Assembly: GCA_951406725.2 (NCBI GenBank)
Contig: OX597821.1
Location: forward strand, 25,730,001 to 25,794,000
DNA from: Octopus vulgaris
Lineage: Eukaryota
Length of the DNA stretch: 64,000 nt
Direction: 5' to 3'
Part shown: positions 1 through 12,657 of the stretch, piece by piece
How the letters are laid out: every line of letters starts with the position of its first letter
Numbering within the stretch: position 1 is the stretch's first letter
Notes under the pieces: generated by a model
Databases searched by the model: none
What the model was told of the DNA's origin: nothing
The model's input: only the letters and a program-made list of their open reading frames with translations
Program-made: the position numbers and the translations under genes

Positions 1-394
1 TATGTGAATATATGTTTGAGCAGAGTGTGGAGTTTTTATGGCTCAAGTCAGAGGTGCAAAGAGCAATGAACCCAGTAACTCTTCAACTAACTTTAATCAT
101 ACAGTAATTCCTCCCATCTCACTCCTTCATTTTCTCATTTTCATTCTTACATCCAAAGGAATAAGACAATAGTGGTTTGTTCTCACAAAACAGTTCTTTT
201 CTTATGTTATTTGGCAATGTTCTGCCATTTATATTGTGACCTTCAAACCTCAAGTGTATACCTGGCACTTGCCACCATCTCTCTCTCTTCTTTTACTCAA
301 CCATCCCATTTATATCTTAATCCTTGTCCCTTGTGAGTATGAACAGCACTTTGTCACCATCTCTCTCTCGCTCTCTCTTGTACTCTTGCTGTCT

Positions 395-442
<48 letters not shown>

Positions 443-689
443 CTGCTCTTCTCTTGGGATGGGGAACCATGTATCTCCTTTATAGCAGCACACCTCTTTC
501 TGTCCTCATTCTTGATCTCTCCTCCCACCCAGCCAGGTAACACTGTACCTCTTCTACAGCAAGACACCTGTTTCTGTCTCTCTCACTATAACCTTTTATC
601 ATCTGGCACAAGATTACTTCCTCCTATGCCCCCTCCCCCTCTAAAAGGATTTTTGTCTTTCAAGTTACTTGGTGGCCCTGCCAGCGCTG

Positions 690-966
690 ATGCCACATAA
701 AAAGCATCCAGTCCACACTGCAAAGTGGTTGGCATTTGGAAGGGCATTCAGCTGTAAAAACCTTGCCAAAACTGACCTTGCCTGTGCTTGTGCCACATGA
801 AAAGCACTCAGTCCACTCTGCTGGATGGTTGGTGTTAGGAAAGGTGTCCAGCTGTAAAAAGCCTGCCAAAACAAACTCAGAAATCTGGTGCAGGCTCCTG
901 CCTGGCCAGCTCCTGTCACGCCATTCAACCCATGCCAGCATGAAAGGCAGATGCTAAAGGATGATG
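690..966 (+). mobile_element. RTE-tail repeat (family D), diverged
   Basis: Carries GGTTGGTGTTAGGAAAGGTGTCCAGCTGTAAAA and the terminal AACCCATGCCAGCATGAAAGGCAGATGCTAAAGGATGATGA, homologous to the copies at 5557, 30150 and 34597. Confidence 0.7.
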
Positions 967-2703
967 AGTTTACAATGAACTCAGTTGCTACACTGAACTG
1001 TACAAAGAGACAATGCACTACACACATCAAACAATTATTGATAAGTTCTTCTCTGGAGTTGATGTTGATGACGCTGAACTAGGAGACAGAAGACAGTGTC
1101 CCTCACCCTCCTAGTAACTCTCATTCCACCACCACTACCATCACCATCCTTCACTTAGTAGTCAATATCTTTTGTGCTAAGGATGTACCCTATTATGCTA
1201 TTACAGTTCTTATTTATTCCCTAATGTATTCCCCTTCAAATGTTTTTATGCATACATATTGTACTACGAACATTTAGAAATTATTTTCATACAGAATCGT
1301 GGTCAGGCTGCTTATTTTTTGTTGTTGTCCTTTCAAAAAATTTGTCAGAAACTCTTTATCACTTTTATAGCATGAAAATCAATCAGAAAAATAATTTTTT
1401 GTTATGGGATTTCATGTTATGACAAGTTTTTCCAGGAACACATTATTCCCGTAATGTGGGGGATTTTTGCAAGTAGTTAATAGCAATGACACAATTATCT
1501 GTCTCAAACAACTCAAAAGATGAAGTCAAAGAAAGCCGGAATTGGTGAAGCTCTGTGCAATTAACTAACTTAAAATATCAGGAGAGTTTAGTGGACTGTG
1601 TTTGTTATGTAAGAGGATGTCATGAGATGACCTGCTTTGATATGGCAGTGATCAAATGGTTGATAGTAGCTGAGATAATAACAGTAGATGAAGTTGAATT
1701 TCAAAGCAAGGGTGAAGCTGCAAAAGGACAAGCATGTTTGGAGCAACAGTGAGATTAACTGATGCAGTTATTTAAACTCTGGTCAACCTATGGTCAAAGA
1801 CAATCCAGGAGTGAAGAACCCATCTTTGATTTTGTCACAGTATGCCCAGGACTATGTTAACCAATGTCCTTCTTTTCTAAGACATTAGGGTGTGATTTAA
1901 GAATGATTTAGTTGCTATTTCTGGTAGGATAAATAACCTTGTTCATTGGCACATAAATGATGCAGATAGATTATAATGGCGAAAAGAGGTCTACACAAAG
2001 AGTGTGGGAGTAGTTTCATGTAGTAAAGGTGTCGTTGTTGTTTAGCAGATTGACCAGACCCATGATCAACAGCATTCTTACCATGACCTTCCCATCATAT
2101 CTTGCTTTGTTTTCAAACATCTGGAACTGCATTGTCCAATGATTTATTTCTGTTTTAAGATGGTGGAGTTTAATTTGCTGAAGATTTGGGTGTCTAAATT
2201 ATGACAGAAGAAAGTGGACCTCAAACGATGATGATGATGATATACATTTGTATGTGTATAATACAAAATATGATTCAAATTGTATATATATGATTGTATA
2301 TTTAAAGAAGTTCGCTTTACAACCATATGATTCCAGGTTCAAATCCACAGTGTATCTTCTACTGTATCCCTGTGCCAACCAAAACTTTGTGAGTGGATTT
2401 GGCAGATGGAAACAGAAAGAAGCCCATTCTATGTGTAAGTGTTTGAGTGTATGTGTGTATTTGTGTCTCCTTGTCTTGATATTGCATGATAGTTGTAAAT
2501 GGCTGTCATTGTAGTACAAGCACTGCCATTCGGTTTGAATCTTCTGTGAGGAAATATTACGTAGCTTGTAAACAAGGTGACAATTGGTGCGACAAAAGGC
2601 ATCTTACCAGAGAAAATTTGCCTCAATAAACTCTGTTCAACCCATGCAAGCATAAAAAAAGTGGACATTAAAATGATGATGATGATGATATATATATATA
2701 TAT

Positions 2704-2990
2704 ATACAACTTATAAACAAGGGCTAAAGAAAATTATTTCTATGTCAATATGCTGATAACAGACTTTAGAGGAAAAAAATCTATTATGTGATTAATTCCG
2801 AAATTGATTCAATGTAGAAATAACGAACTTTTTTTTTTAAAAATTCTGTTGGCCAGCTTTCCTCGATTTCAGCTTTACGTGTTTTCTGTAGCGAGTAAAT
2901 AATATGTGGAAATTGACGATTTAAAAGTCTGTTATCAGCATATTGGCATAGAAATAATTTTCTTTAGCCCCTGTTTATAAGTTGTTTATA
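2704..2990. mobile_element. Foldback/hairpin element with ~60-bp inverted arms next to a (TA)n tract
   Basis: ACAACTTATAAACAAGGGCTAAAGAAAATTATTTCTATGTCAATATGCTGATAACAGACTTT is mirrored by AAAGTCTGTTATCAGCATATTGGCATAGAAATAATTTTCTTTAGCCCCTGTTTATAAGTTGT. Confidence 0.75.
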
Positions 2991-3113
2991 ATTTTAACCT
3001 TAAAGGTATTTTAATATGCTGCCACATTTTCTGATGAAATTTTTTTTCTGTAAAAAAGCTTCATCCTATATTAGTAGTAGTAGTATATATATATGTGTGT
3101 GTGTGTGTGTATA

Positions 3114-5320
3114 CAGAGCTAGGCGTAAGTCCGTTAATTTGTTAATCATTAATTAATGAAGTTAACATTTTCATTAACGATTTAACTTCTAAGTTAACTT
3201 TGAAAATCATTATCAGGCTAATTAACTTCCGTTACCTTTAGCTTCTGATAACTCAAGTCCGTTAACACAAAAATTTCATAAAAACAGGTAAACATTAAAA
3301 AGTTTCTATTGTTTTCAGATTGTCTTAGCATATTTAATATTGTACACATCGTTCTTTCAACCCTGATATCATGCCACTTATTATTAAAATAACTTGTAAG
3401 ACCTCAGTTGGCTCTGCCTGGATTTGAAACCAAATCCACCTGCTTGTTGCTTGCAACGGCAGTGGGAAATTTCTTTGTCCTGTCAAGAGGGAACAGTGAT
3501 TGATGTTTTTCCACTTGATCTGTGACTTTGCTGAGGTGGATGTCAACAAAGAACATATTGACATCCATAACGTGGAAAAAATAAATGGAAGGAAAAATGT
3601 TGGTAAATATTTCAGTGTGAATGCAAATGTTTCGGTTTGAATGCGAATAGCTGTTACGTGCTAGCAGGGCATGCTAGAAATAGTGGCCAAATCTTTCCTT
3701 TTCAGGAAAAGGGAACTGTTTACACATAATTTCGATGTCACATTCATTGAAAGCATGCAAAATAACCTGGAAAAGGAAAAAAAGATCTGCAAAACAAAAC
3801 TCCCTTGGTGGGAAACTTCGAGGTCCTCACCACCCCTCCCACCTTTCTTTTCCAGAAAAAAATGGCTTGCGGAGGGTTTGGCAGTCAGATACATCGAATG
3901 CACCTGAAAAATCTGTGGAAAAAATTATTCCACACTGCGGTACAAAATATTTACCAAAAGAATAAAATCTTGTATCAATTATACCTGTACTTTAATTAAT
4001 TTAGATTAAAGTACTTCATCTTGAAAAGTGGCAAAATTTTTGTTGGTTGCTATCTGGGATAATTTTAGTAACAAATCTAACAGCTATGATGCATTAAGTG
4101 TTTATCCATAATGTTATTGCTTTTACGCCTGTTAATTAAATTTACCTCCCCATAAAAGTCAAATTTACTCAGCAATATCAGCTAAAATTACATAACTATA
4201 CATGGTATATAAAGCACTCACTGACAAAATTCCAAATTTGTATATAAAAAATTTACTAAGTTAAATGCAAATATTGTGGACATCCCTCTTTAACCTGAAT
4301 AATTCAAAATAATGTGAACAAATAAGCATTACAGTTGATAGATTAAAATGATCACTGAAGATATTTTTAGGTGTTTTTTTTCTTACACACTTAACACTTG
4401 GTTTGGACTACATGTGTGTTATTTTGACATTATCATTCCATAAAATTTGTTTATGGGGAGAAAAATATTGAAAAATATCAATAGATGTGTAAGAAAGAAA
4501 CAAGGAAGTAGGTTTTAGGATGTACTAGAAACAACAGCCAAGATCTCTCTTAAATCACACATTTTCCTCTGAAATTATTAACAATTCTTTTTTAAACCAA
4601 AAATGTTTCTATCACAGGTTTTAAGTGGGTAATGAAAAAAAATGGCCAAAATTGTTTCTGACTGGGGTAGTGGGTGTGAAAAAAAAAATGAATTTTCGAA
4701 ATTTTTTTTCTTTTTTTTTCATGAAAAGATGCCTCTAACCATCATTCTGAAGAGTTAGGTGAAAAATATTGGAAAAAATCCCCGTCAAAACAGAAATTCC
4801 AACTTATGTGGGCTGTCTGATCTGAAACTCTGTTTTCCAGAAATTCCCCCCCACCCACCCACCCCGTGACCTTTCCAAAAATTTTGCCTACAAATTTCTT
4901 TGTAATCATAATCTACACCATTTGAAAGGTATTTGTATAAAATTTCATTAAAAAATACCTATTTTCCAGAAAGTTATGAGGGAGAAAATGTCGGGTCCTA
5001 TGAATTTTCCAAAACTCTTCTCCCCAACCCTTCAGAAAATGTTTTTCAACAAATCTTTACATGCACTCAATCTACAGGATATAAGCAATTGTTTGGTGAA
5101 AGTTTTGTTAAAAAGTATCCATTTTTCTGGAAGTTATGAGGCAATATAATCAGTGGGGTATTAATTAAACTGTAGTGATGCCTTTTTCCAATAAAAGTTA
5201 ACATTAACTTCTTTTACATTTTCAAAGAATTAACGGATTAATGATTAACAAAGTTGACTTTTTGGTTAATGGATTAACACTTAACGAAGTTAACTTTTCG
5301 ATTAATGGTGCCCAATTCTG
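3114..5320 (-). mobile_element. Non-autonomous DNA transposon, probably hAT-like, with decayed transposase remnant and nested inserts
   Basis: Ends CAGAGCTAGGC / GCCCAATTCTG are imperfect TIRs. Both subtermini have clustered (G)TTAAC motifs. Minus-strand frames near 3340-3560 give KHQSLFP and RNFPLPLQATS, resembling the hAT C-terminal dimerisation motif. Confidence 0.5.
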
Positions 5321-5329
5321 CATATATAT

Positions 5330-5556
5330 ACCTATTTCTTTATTACCCACAAGGGGCTAAACACAGAGGGGACAAACAAGGACAGACATAGGTATTAAGT
5401 CGATTACATCGACTCCAGTGCGTAACTGGTACTTAATTTATCGACCCCGAAAGGATGAAAGGCAAAGTCGACCTCGGCGGAATTTGAACTCACAACGTAA
5501 CGGCAGACGAAATACGGCTACGCATTTCGCCCGGAGTGCTAACGTTTCTGCCAGCA
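5330..5556 (-). mobile_element. tRNA-derived SINE, family A
   Basis: Reverse complement of GCTGGCAGAAACGTTAGCAC...GAGTTCAAATTCCGCCGAGGTCGACTTTGCCTTTCATCCTTTCGGGGTCGATAAATTAAGTACC; B-box-like GTTCAAATTCC. Confidence 0.85.
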
Positions 5557-5767
5557 TACCATCCGATCGTGACCATTTGCCAGCCTCGCCTGGCCCCCGT
5601 GCCGGTGGCACGTAAAAAGGGCATCTAGCCGTAGAAACATTGCCAGATCAGACTGGGCCTGACGCAGCCTTCTGGCTTCCCAGACCCCAGTTGAACCGTC
5701 CAACCCATGCTAGCATGGAAAGCGGATGCTAAACGATAATGATGATGATGATGATGATGATGATGAT
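5557..5767 (+). mobile_element. RTE-tail repeat (family D) ending in (GAT)n
   Basis: CCGTCCAACCCATGCTAGCATGGAAAGCGGATGCTAAACGAT(GAT)n 3' terminus. Confidence 0.8.
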
Positions 5768-6009
5768 ATATACTACTCTCCTGTCATTTTGATTATTCAT
5801 TAGACATCCAATGACACACTACGTTAATGATGCAGTTCACTTCCTCCCACAATTTTTCTTCCCTACCATTCAATAATATCAAGAGAAATTCCGTCATTGT
5901 AGATGTAGTTGGGTGGTAATATATTTAGTATAGCATCTATGATGTAAATTTCTGTATTATTTTAAGTTGGTGCATTGGGTTTCTGTTTCTAAGGGGTTAT
6001 ATCAGTCAT

Positions 6010-6345
6010 TGGCACATAACTCAATGATTTGAGCATTGAGCTTACAATTGTGAGTTCAATTCCCAGATTGGGCTGTGTGTCGTGTTTTTGAGCAAGAAAC
6101 TTTATTTCGTGTTGCTTTAGTTCACTCAACTGCAGAAATGAGCTGGCACATCACTGGTGCCAAGCTGTATCGGCCTTTGCCTTACCCTCGAACAATGTTG
6201 GTGCCACGAAGAGGGGGAAACTGGTATGTATGGGTGACAGCTGGCCTTCCAAAAAACAAGCTTGCCTGGGCTTGTACCTTGGGAGTGAACTTTCTAGGTG
6301 CCATCCCAAGGTCATTTGTGACTGAAGGTGGTGTCTTTACCCTTT
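6010..6345 (+). mobile_element. tRNA-derived SINE, family C, diverged
   Basis: Homologous to 18319-18625 (TTGAGCAAGA.ACTTTATTTC...AACTTTCTAGGTGC). Confidence 0.7.
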
Positions 6346-6654
6346 ACTCTATACCAGTCACATGCAAACTGCAGCCTGCAGGACTTTCCAAATGATGTGC
6401 CTCACAAAAAACTACCTTGAATTTTTTTTTTTTTTTTTTTTTTTTTGTAGTGTGGCCCACCTGATGTGGATCCATGTCTCATGTGGACCATTTCTCGAAA
6501 ATGGTTGCTCATACCTGATTTATATTAAAGCTTGTTGTTTTGGAAGTTAGCTTTGCTTAGAGGCTGCTGTTGTTATCATCGAGACCAGGTCAGCTCCATG
6601 AGAGTTCATTGCTAGGAATAGTGCATCTCAGGTTCCACCATTTAGTATGTCCTA

Positions 6655-6870
6655 AGGTGGCGAGCTAGCAGAAACACTAGCACGCCGGGCAAAATGCTTA
6701 GTGGTATTTCATCTGTCTTTACATTCTGAGTTCAAATTCCGCCAAGGTCGACTTTGCCTTTCATTTTTTCAGGGTCGATAAATTAAGTACCAGTTACACA
6801 CTGGAGTCGATGTGATCAACTGGCCCACTCCCCCAAAATTTTGGGCCTTGTGCCCAGAGTAGAAAAGAAT
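6655..6870 (+). mobile_element. SINE family A
   Basis: AGGTGGCGAGCTAGCAGAAAC...GTCGACTTTGCCTTTCAT... Confidence 0.8.
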
Positions 6871-7027
6871 ATCTATTGTGTAATTCAAGGTGTAAGTTAC
6901 ACATTTCCTCTTTGTCTTCACACTTGTAATCATTGGTGCAGTATTCTGATGTTAGTGTGTGTGTGTGCGTGTGTGCGTGTGTGTGCGTGCGTGCATGTGT
7001 GTGTGTGTGTATGTGTGCGTGTGCGTG

Positions 7028-7068
<41 letters not shown>

Positions 7069-7789
7069 TTATTCAGCTTGGTTTCCATTTCCAGTTGGAA
7101 CCAGTTCTCTGACATCGATCATGGTGCCCTAGGCATCTAAGCCACAACTTCCAGTTCACTCTGACCTACAAACCAGAGACACTATACTCCTTCTTGATGA
7201 TGATGATGATGGTTGTGGTAGTGGTGGCAATGATGATAATAGCGATGTTGTTGACATGATGGTGATCATCATCATCCTCATGAGGAGGGGTGAGGACAAG
7301 GAAGATGAAGATGATGATCATGGTGGCAGTACTGGTGGTGATGATGATGATCATGATCATTATCATGATCATCATAATCATCATCATTGCATTCGTTTTC
7401 CATTATAATTATCAAACATTTCTAAATTAAATGAAAAAACAAAAAATTTGTGAAGAAAAAATTATGTAAATGAGGTCAAAGGGAAAGGGATATAGTGGGG
7501 GGGGGGAAAGTTATAAACTAGAAAGAGAAGGTGAGGTGATAGGATGGGGTGGGGGCAGTTAACATAATTCATAAGACAGTGTAGAAAGTTGTGTGGGGGA
7601 AGGTAGAAAGAGTTAGGGTAGGGGAGAAATAGTCAAGGAACTGGTGAGAGATGAATTGGTAGGGAACCAAGGAGAGAAGTTTTGTTACCTTGGTAGAACA
7701 ACCCCCACTCTTGCTGTAACAATTTTCTTTGTTAGTTGTTTCGTTTTTAACCAGGGGTTGGTATTGTTGTGAGAGTGGGGAGTAATGAT

Positions 7790-8353
7790 GGTAGTATTAC
7801 AATAGTTGTGGTAGTGATGGTGGTGGTGGTGGTGGTGGTGGCAGTGGCAGCAGTGGTTGTGGTGGCAGTAATAGTGGTGGTGGTTGTGGTGGTGGCAGGG
7901 GTGATGGTGGTGGCAGGGGTGATGGTGGTGGCAGTGGCAGCAGTGGGTGTGGTGGCAGTAATAGTGGTGGTGGTGGTAGTGGTAGTGGTGGTGGCAGTGG
8001 TGATGGTGGTGGCAGTGGTGGCAGTGGCAGCAGTGGTTGTGGTGGCAGTAATAGTGGTGGTGGTGGTGGCAGTGGTGATGGTGGTGGCAGTGGTGGCAGT
8101 GGCAGCAGTGGTTGTGGTGGCAATAGTAGTGGTGGTGGTGGTGGTAGCAGTGATGGTGGTGGTGGCAGTAGTTGTGGTAGTGGTGGCGGTAGTAGTTGTA
8201 GTAGTGTTATTGGCAGCAGTGATGGTGATAGTGGTAGTGGTGTTGGTCTTTGTAGTGATGTTGGTTAGTAATGTTTGTTGCACTGTGGACATAATAAGGG
8301 TTTTATAAACTTTTTAAAAATGGTAGTATGAAGTGGTCAGGGTAGTAGTAGTG

Positions 8354-8406
<53 letters not shown>

Positions 8407-8500
8407 GGTGGTGGTAGCAGCAGCAGCGGTAGAAGTAGTATGTGTATTGGTGATGGTGGTGGTGGTGGTACTACCATTTGTAGTGTGGTAGTATTGGTGA
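7790..8500. repeat. Compound trinucleotide microsatellite (GGT/GCA/GTA)n
   Basis: Direct inspection; it generates the poly-V, poly-T and poly-P pseudo-ORFs. Confidence 0.9.
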
Positions 8501-8825
8501 CAGTATTGGTATTACCAACAGTAGTTGTAGTGCAAGCAGATTTTGTGTGCTGTTTCCTTCATCCTCTCACCCTCCATACTTGTTGACCAGTCTGGAGCAG
8601 TGAACCTGTAGTTCATTAACAGCCATTGTGAAATATTGCCCCCAAAATGGGAGTAACAATCAACTGTGTCCCCTTTCTGAACTTTGGTTTCCATAGTTAC
8701 ATTTGCTCAATTCCCCATCATACTATTCATAGCATCCACTCCAGCCCTCTTTTCTCTCCCTCCCTCCCCTCCTCTCTATTTATTAATGGATGAATATATA
8801 TGTATGTATGTATATATACATATAT

Positions 8826-9071
8826 ATTCTTTTACTTGTTTCAGTCATTTGACTGCAGCCATGCTGGAGCACCACCTTTAGTTGAACAAATTGACCCCAG
8901 CACTAGTAAACGTAGTACTTATTCTATTGGTCTCTTTTGCCGAACCGCTAATTTACAGGGACATAAACACACCAGAATCAGTTGTCAAGTGATGTTGGGG
9001 ATACACACACACACATACAAACATATACACACACATACATACATACATACATACATACATACATACATACA

Positions 9072-9119
<48 letters not shown>

Positions 9120-9300
9120 GATATATATATATATATAAGATGGGCTTCTTTCAGTTTCTGTCTACCAAATCCACTCACAAGACTTTGATCAGCCTGAGGC
9201 TATAGTAGAAGACACTTGCCCAAGGTGCCGCGCAGTGGTACTGAACCCAGAACCATGTGGTTGATAAGCAAGCTACTTACCACACAACCACTCCTGCACC
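8826..9300 (-). mobile_element. tRNA-derived SINE, family B, with internal (CATA)n/(TA)n
   Basis: Reverse complement of GGAGTGG.TGTGTGGTAAGTAGCTTGC...CCTTGGGCAAGTGTCTTCTACTATAGCC...GCTCCAGCATGGC..CAGTCAAATGACTGAAACAAGTAAAAGA. Confidence 0.85.
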
Positions 9301-9567
9301 TTTACACACACACACACATATATATATATATACACGATGGGCTTCTTTCAGTTTCCATCTACCAAATCCACTCACAAGGCTTTAGTTGGCCCGAGGCTAT
9401 TGTAGAAGGCACTTGCCCAAGGTGCCATGCAGTGGGACTGAACCTGGAACCATTTGGTTGGGAAGCAAGCTTCTTACCACTCCACTTAGGCATCATACTT
9501 ATAACCTAGTGTAGAACTCAATATATGAATGCTTCTGAACAACGCATTAGTTGAGTATAGAGTGGTT

Positions 9568-9800
9568 ATAAGAAAAGAGATGACAAAAGAATAAATGATT
9601 ATCTTATTAACTTCATTAGCTTACAGCTGTTTCGACTATAATATGTGCTGGACTCATAGTTGAGTGCCTGAGTAATGCCTTACGGTTTCATCAGAGCCAA
9701 AGTTGTTACTCAGAGTTCACCGCAACTTATAGCAGAAACAGCTGTAAGCTAATGAAGTTCATAAGATAATTGCTTATTCCTTTCTCATCTCTTTTCCTAT
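9568..9800. mobile_element. Short inverted-repeat element of Penelope pseudo-LTR type
   Basis: ~65-bp arms 9568-9633 and 9735-9800 are reverse complements and both contain GAAACAGCTGTAAGCTAATGAAGTT. Confidence 0.65.
9616..9700 (-). ncRNA. Putative type I hammerhead ribozyme
   Basis: Minus strand reads TTGGCT-CTGATGA-(~54-nt stem/loop II)-GAAA-CAGCTG-TA-AGCTAA: intact core boxes, 6-bp stem I with one G-U pair, palindromic stem III, GUA cleavage triplet; base of stem II is imperfect. Confidence 0.6.
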
Positions 9801-9804
9801 ACAT

Positions 9805-10010
9805 ATTCTTTTATTCTTTTGTTTGTTTCAGTTATTTGACTGCAGCCATGCTGGAGCACCACCTTTAGTTGAACAGATTGACCCCAGCACTAGTAAATGT
9901 AGTACTTATTCTATTGGTCTCTTTTGCCGAACAGCTAAGTTATGGTAACGTAAACACACCAACATTGGTTGTCAAGCAATGGTGGGGGCACAAACACTGA
10001 TACATATATA

Positions 10011-10060
<50 letters not shown>

Positions 10061-10215
10061 CGACGAGCTTCTTTCAGTTTCTGTCTACCAAATTCACTTA
10101 CAGGGCTTTGGTTAGCCCGAAGCTATAGTAGAAGACACTTGCCCTAGGTGCCAAACAGTAGGACTGAACTGGGACCATGTAGTTGGTATGTAGGCTACTT
10201 ACCATACAGCCACTC
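9805..10215 (-). mobile_element. SINE family B
   Basis: Homology to the other family B copies. Confidence 0.8.
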
Positions 10216-10496
10216 TTACACCTATATTATCATCATCGTTTAACGTCCGTTTTCCATGCTAGCACAGGTTGGACAGTTCGACTGGTGTCTGGGAAGCCAG
10301 GAGGTTGCACCAGTCTCCAGTCTGATCTGGCAGTGTTTCTACAGCTTGATGCCCTTCCTAATGCCAACCACTCCGTGAGTGTAGTATATATATATATATA
10401 TTTATATAAGACTTTTTCACTTCCCGAGCATTATACTAATACATCTATTTGTTATCTACTCCACCTGTCTTCGTCTTTTATTTTTTTGTGAATTCT

Positions 10497-10545
<49 letters not shown>

Positions 10546-10629
10546 TTATGCACGTGAAACCCTGGGTAGATATTAGAGCATTTATAGATAGAAGGTCTGC
10601 TCTAATATCTATACAGCCATGGTTTTTAT

Positions 10630-11180
<551 letters not shown>

Positions 11181-11399
11181 AATATATATATATTGTTCAA
11201 TATAAACAATATATAGTTATGAGCTACTGACAGTTTCATACATTGAAGATATTATTTACAGAGGTTTTGAAACACACCTAGTGTTTCCAAGTAGTTTCCA
11301 GGCTCTGAGCACATTCCCTGTACAAGTTACAAACCAGGACAATAGAGTTGATGGTGAGTTCAAAAAATGGAAAAAGAAAGGAAGAAAGAAGAATTTTGG

Positions 11400-12250
11400 T
11401 TATGTTCCCTTTGACTGTTAAGTCATAAGGCTAGTGGTTTAGAATCAACGGAAGGGATCTAAGGTCTATGATACAGCTGGTCAATCCAGAGAGGGTGGTG
11501 TTCTCCAATTTGCCAAAAGAAACTCATCCATATGCTTTTACTGAAAATTTCTGATCTGGAATTCAGCAGTGTAGTGGAATTCTTAGATCTAAAAAGGATA
11601 TGTGATCTTTCAGCTACATATAGCTTGCATTTTTTGAATCATTAACAAATGGCATGGATTTTTCAACAATTTTCCACATAATTGTATGTGGCATGGAAAG
11701 AAAGAAGGTGAAGTCGACTTCACATAAACTGGTATAATTTTTATTTATGGTTAGATTTATGGTTAGAGGCGGCGAGCTGGCAGAAACGTTAGCATGCCGG
11801 GCGAAATGCTTTGCGGTATTTCGTCTGCCGTTACGTTCTGAGTTCAAATTCCGCCGAGGTCGACTTTGCCTTTCATCCTCTCGGGGTCGATAAATAATGT
11901 ACCAGTTTCACACTGGGTCAATGTAATCGACTTAATCCCTTTGTCTGTCCTTGTTTGTCCCCTCTATGTTTAGCCCCTTGTGGGTAGTAAAGAAATATAT
12001 TTATGGTTAGATTATCATGTAGCATTGCGGTTAGGTTATCGTGTAACTTCTGCCTCATGTATGATGGAGTTTATCATGCAGACCTGGTCAAATGAACAAG
12101 TTCCAGTGTCTCAACAGTTACAACTGGGAGTGGGCTCTCGTAGGTGTTTATGGGTAAGGATGTTCTTTACATTGGGGCAGCAGCTATATGATAATTTAAT
12201 TAATAGATGTTGTTTTGTTTCTTTGAGCAATTCAGCAAAAAAGAGATTAC
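11400..12250 (-). pseudogene. Penelope-like retroelement GIY-YIG endonuclease relic (Naiad-like), split by a SINE
   Basis: Minus frames give IKLSYSCCPNVKNIL...SCNC*DTGTCSF..CMINSIIHEAEV, then KNYTSLCEVDF, IMWKIVEKSMPFVNDSK and TTLLNSRSEIFSK. These match the PLE motifs KVSYSC-CNC-CPL-YIG-C.LC-LN.RSE; stops and frameshifts present. Confidence 0.75.
11768..11998 (+). mobile_element. SINE family A, full length with TSD
   Basis: Flanked by the direct repeat ATTTATGGTTAGA (11755-11767, 11999-12011). Confidence 0.9.
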
Positions 12251-12269
12251 TAAAAAATTTTTTTTTTTT

Positions 12270-12657
12270 TACTTGTTTCAGTCATTTGACTGTGGCCATG
12301 CTGGAGCACCGCCTTTAATCGAGCAACTCGACCCTGGGACTTATTCTTTGTAAGCCCAGTACTTATTCTATCGGTCTCTTTTGCTGAACCGCTGAGTGAC
12401 GTAGACATAAATACACCAGCATCAGTTGTCAAGCAATGCTAGGGGGACAAACACAAACATATACACACACATATATATATATATACATATATACGACGGG
12501 CTTCTTTCAGTTTCCGTCTACCAAATCCACTCACAAGGCTTTGGTCGGCCCGAGGCTATAGTAGAAGACACTTGCCCAAGGTGCCACGCAGTGGGACTGA
12601 ACCCGGAACCATGTGGTTGGTAAACAAACTACTAATCACACAGCCACTCCTGCGCCT
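12270..12657 (-). mobile_element. SINE family B, near full length
   Basis: Ends CAGCCACTCCTGCGCC; high similarity to the copies at 28714, 47103 and 49477. Confidence 0.9.

Noticed and set aside
6449-6620. Plus-strand exon after poly-T plus AG
   Set aside because: All frames stop early, there is no recognisable protein similarity and no convincing donor
7747-8308. Mucin-like or poly-Val/Pro proteins
   Set aside because: Trinucleotide microsatellite open in several frames on both strands
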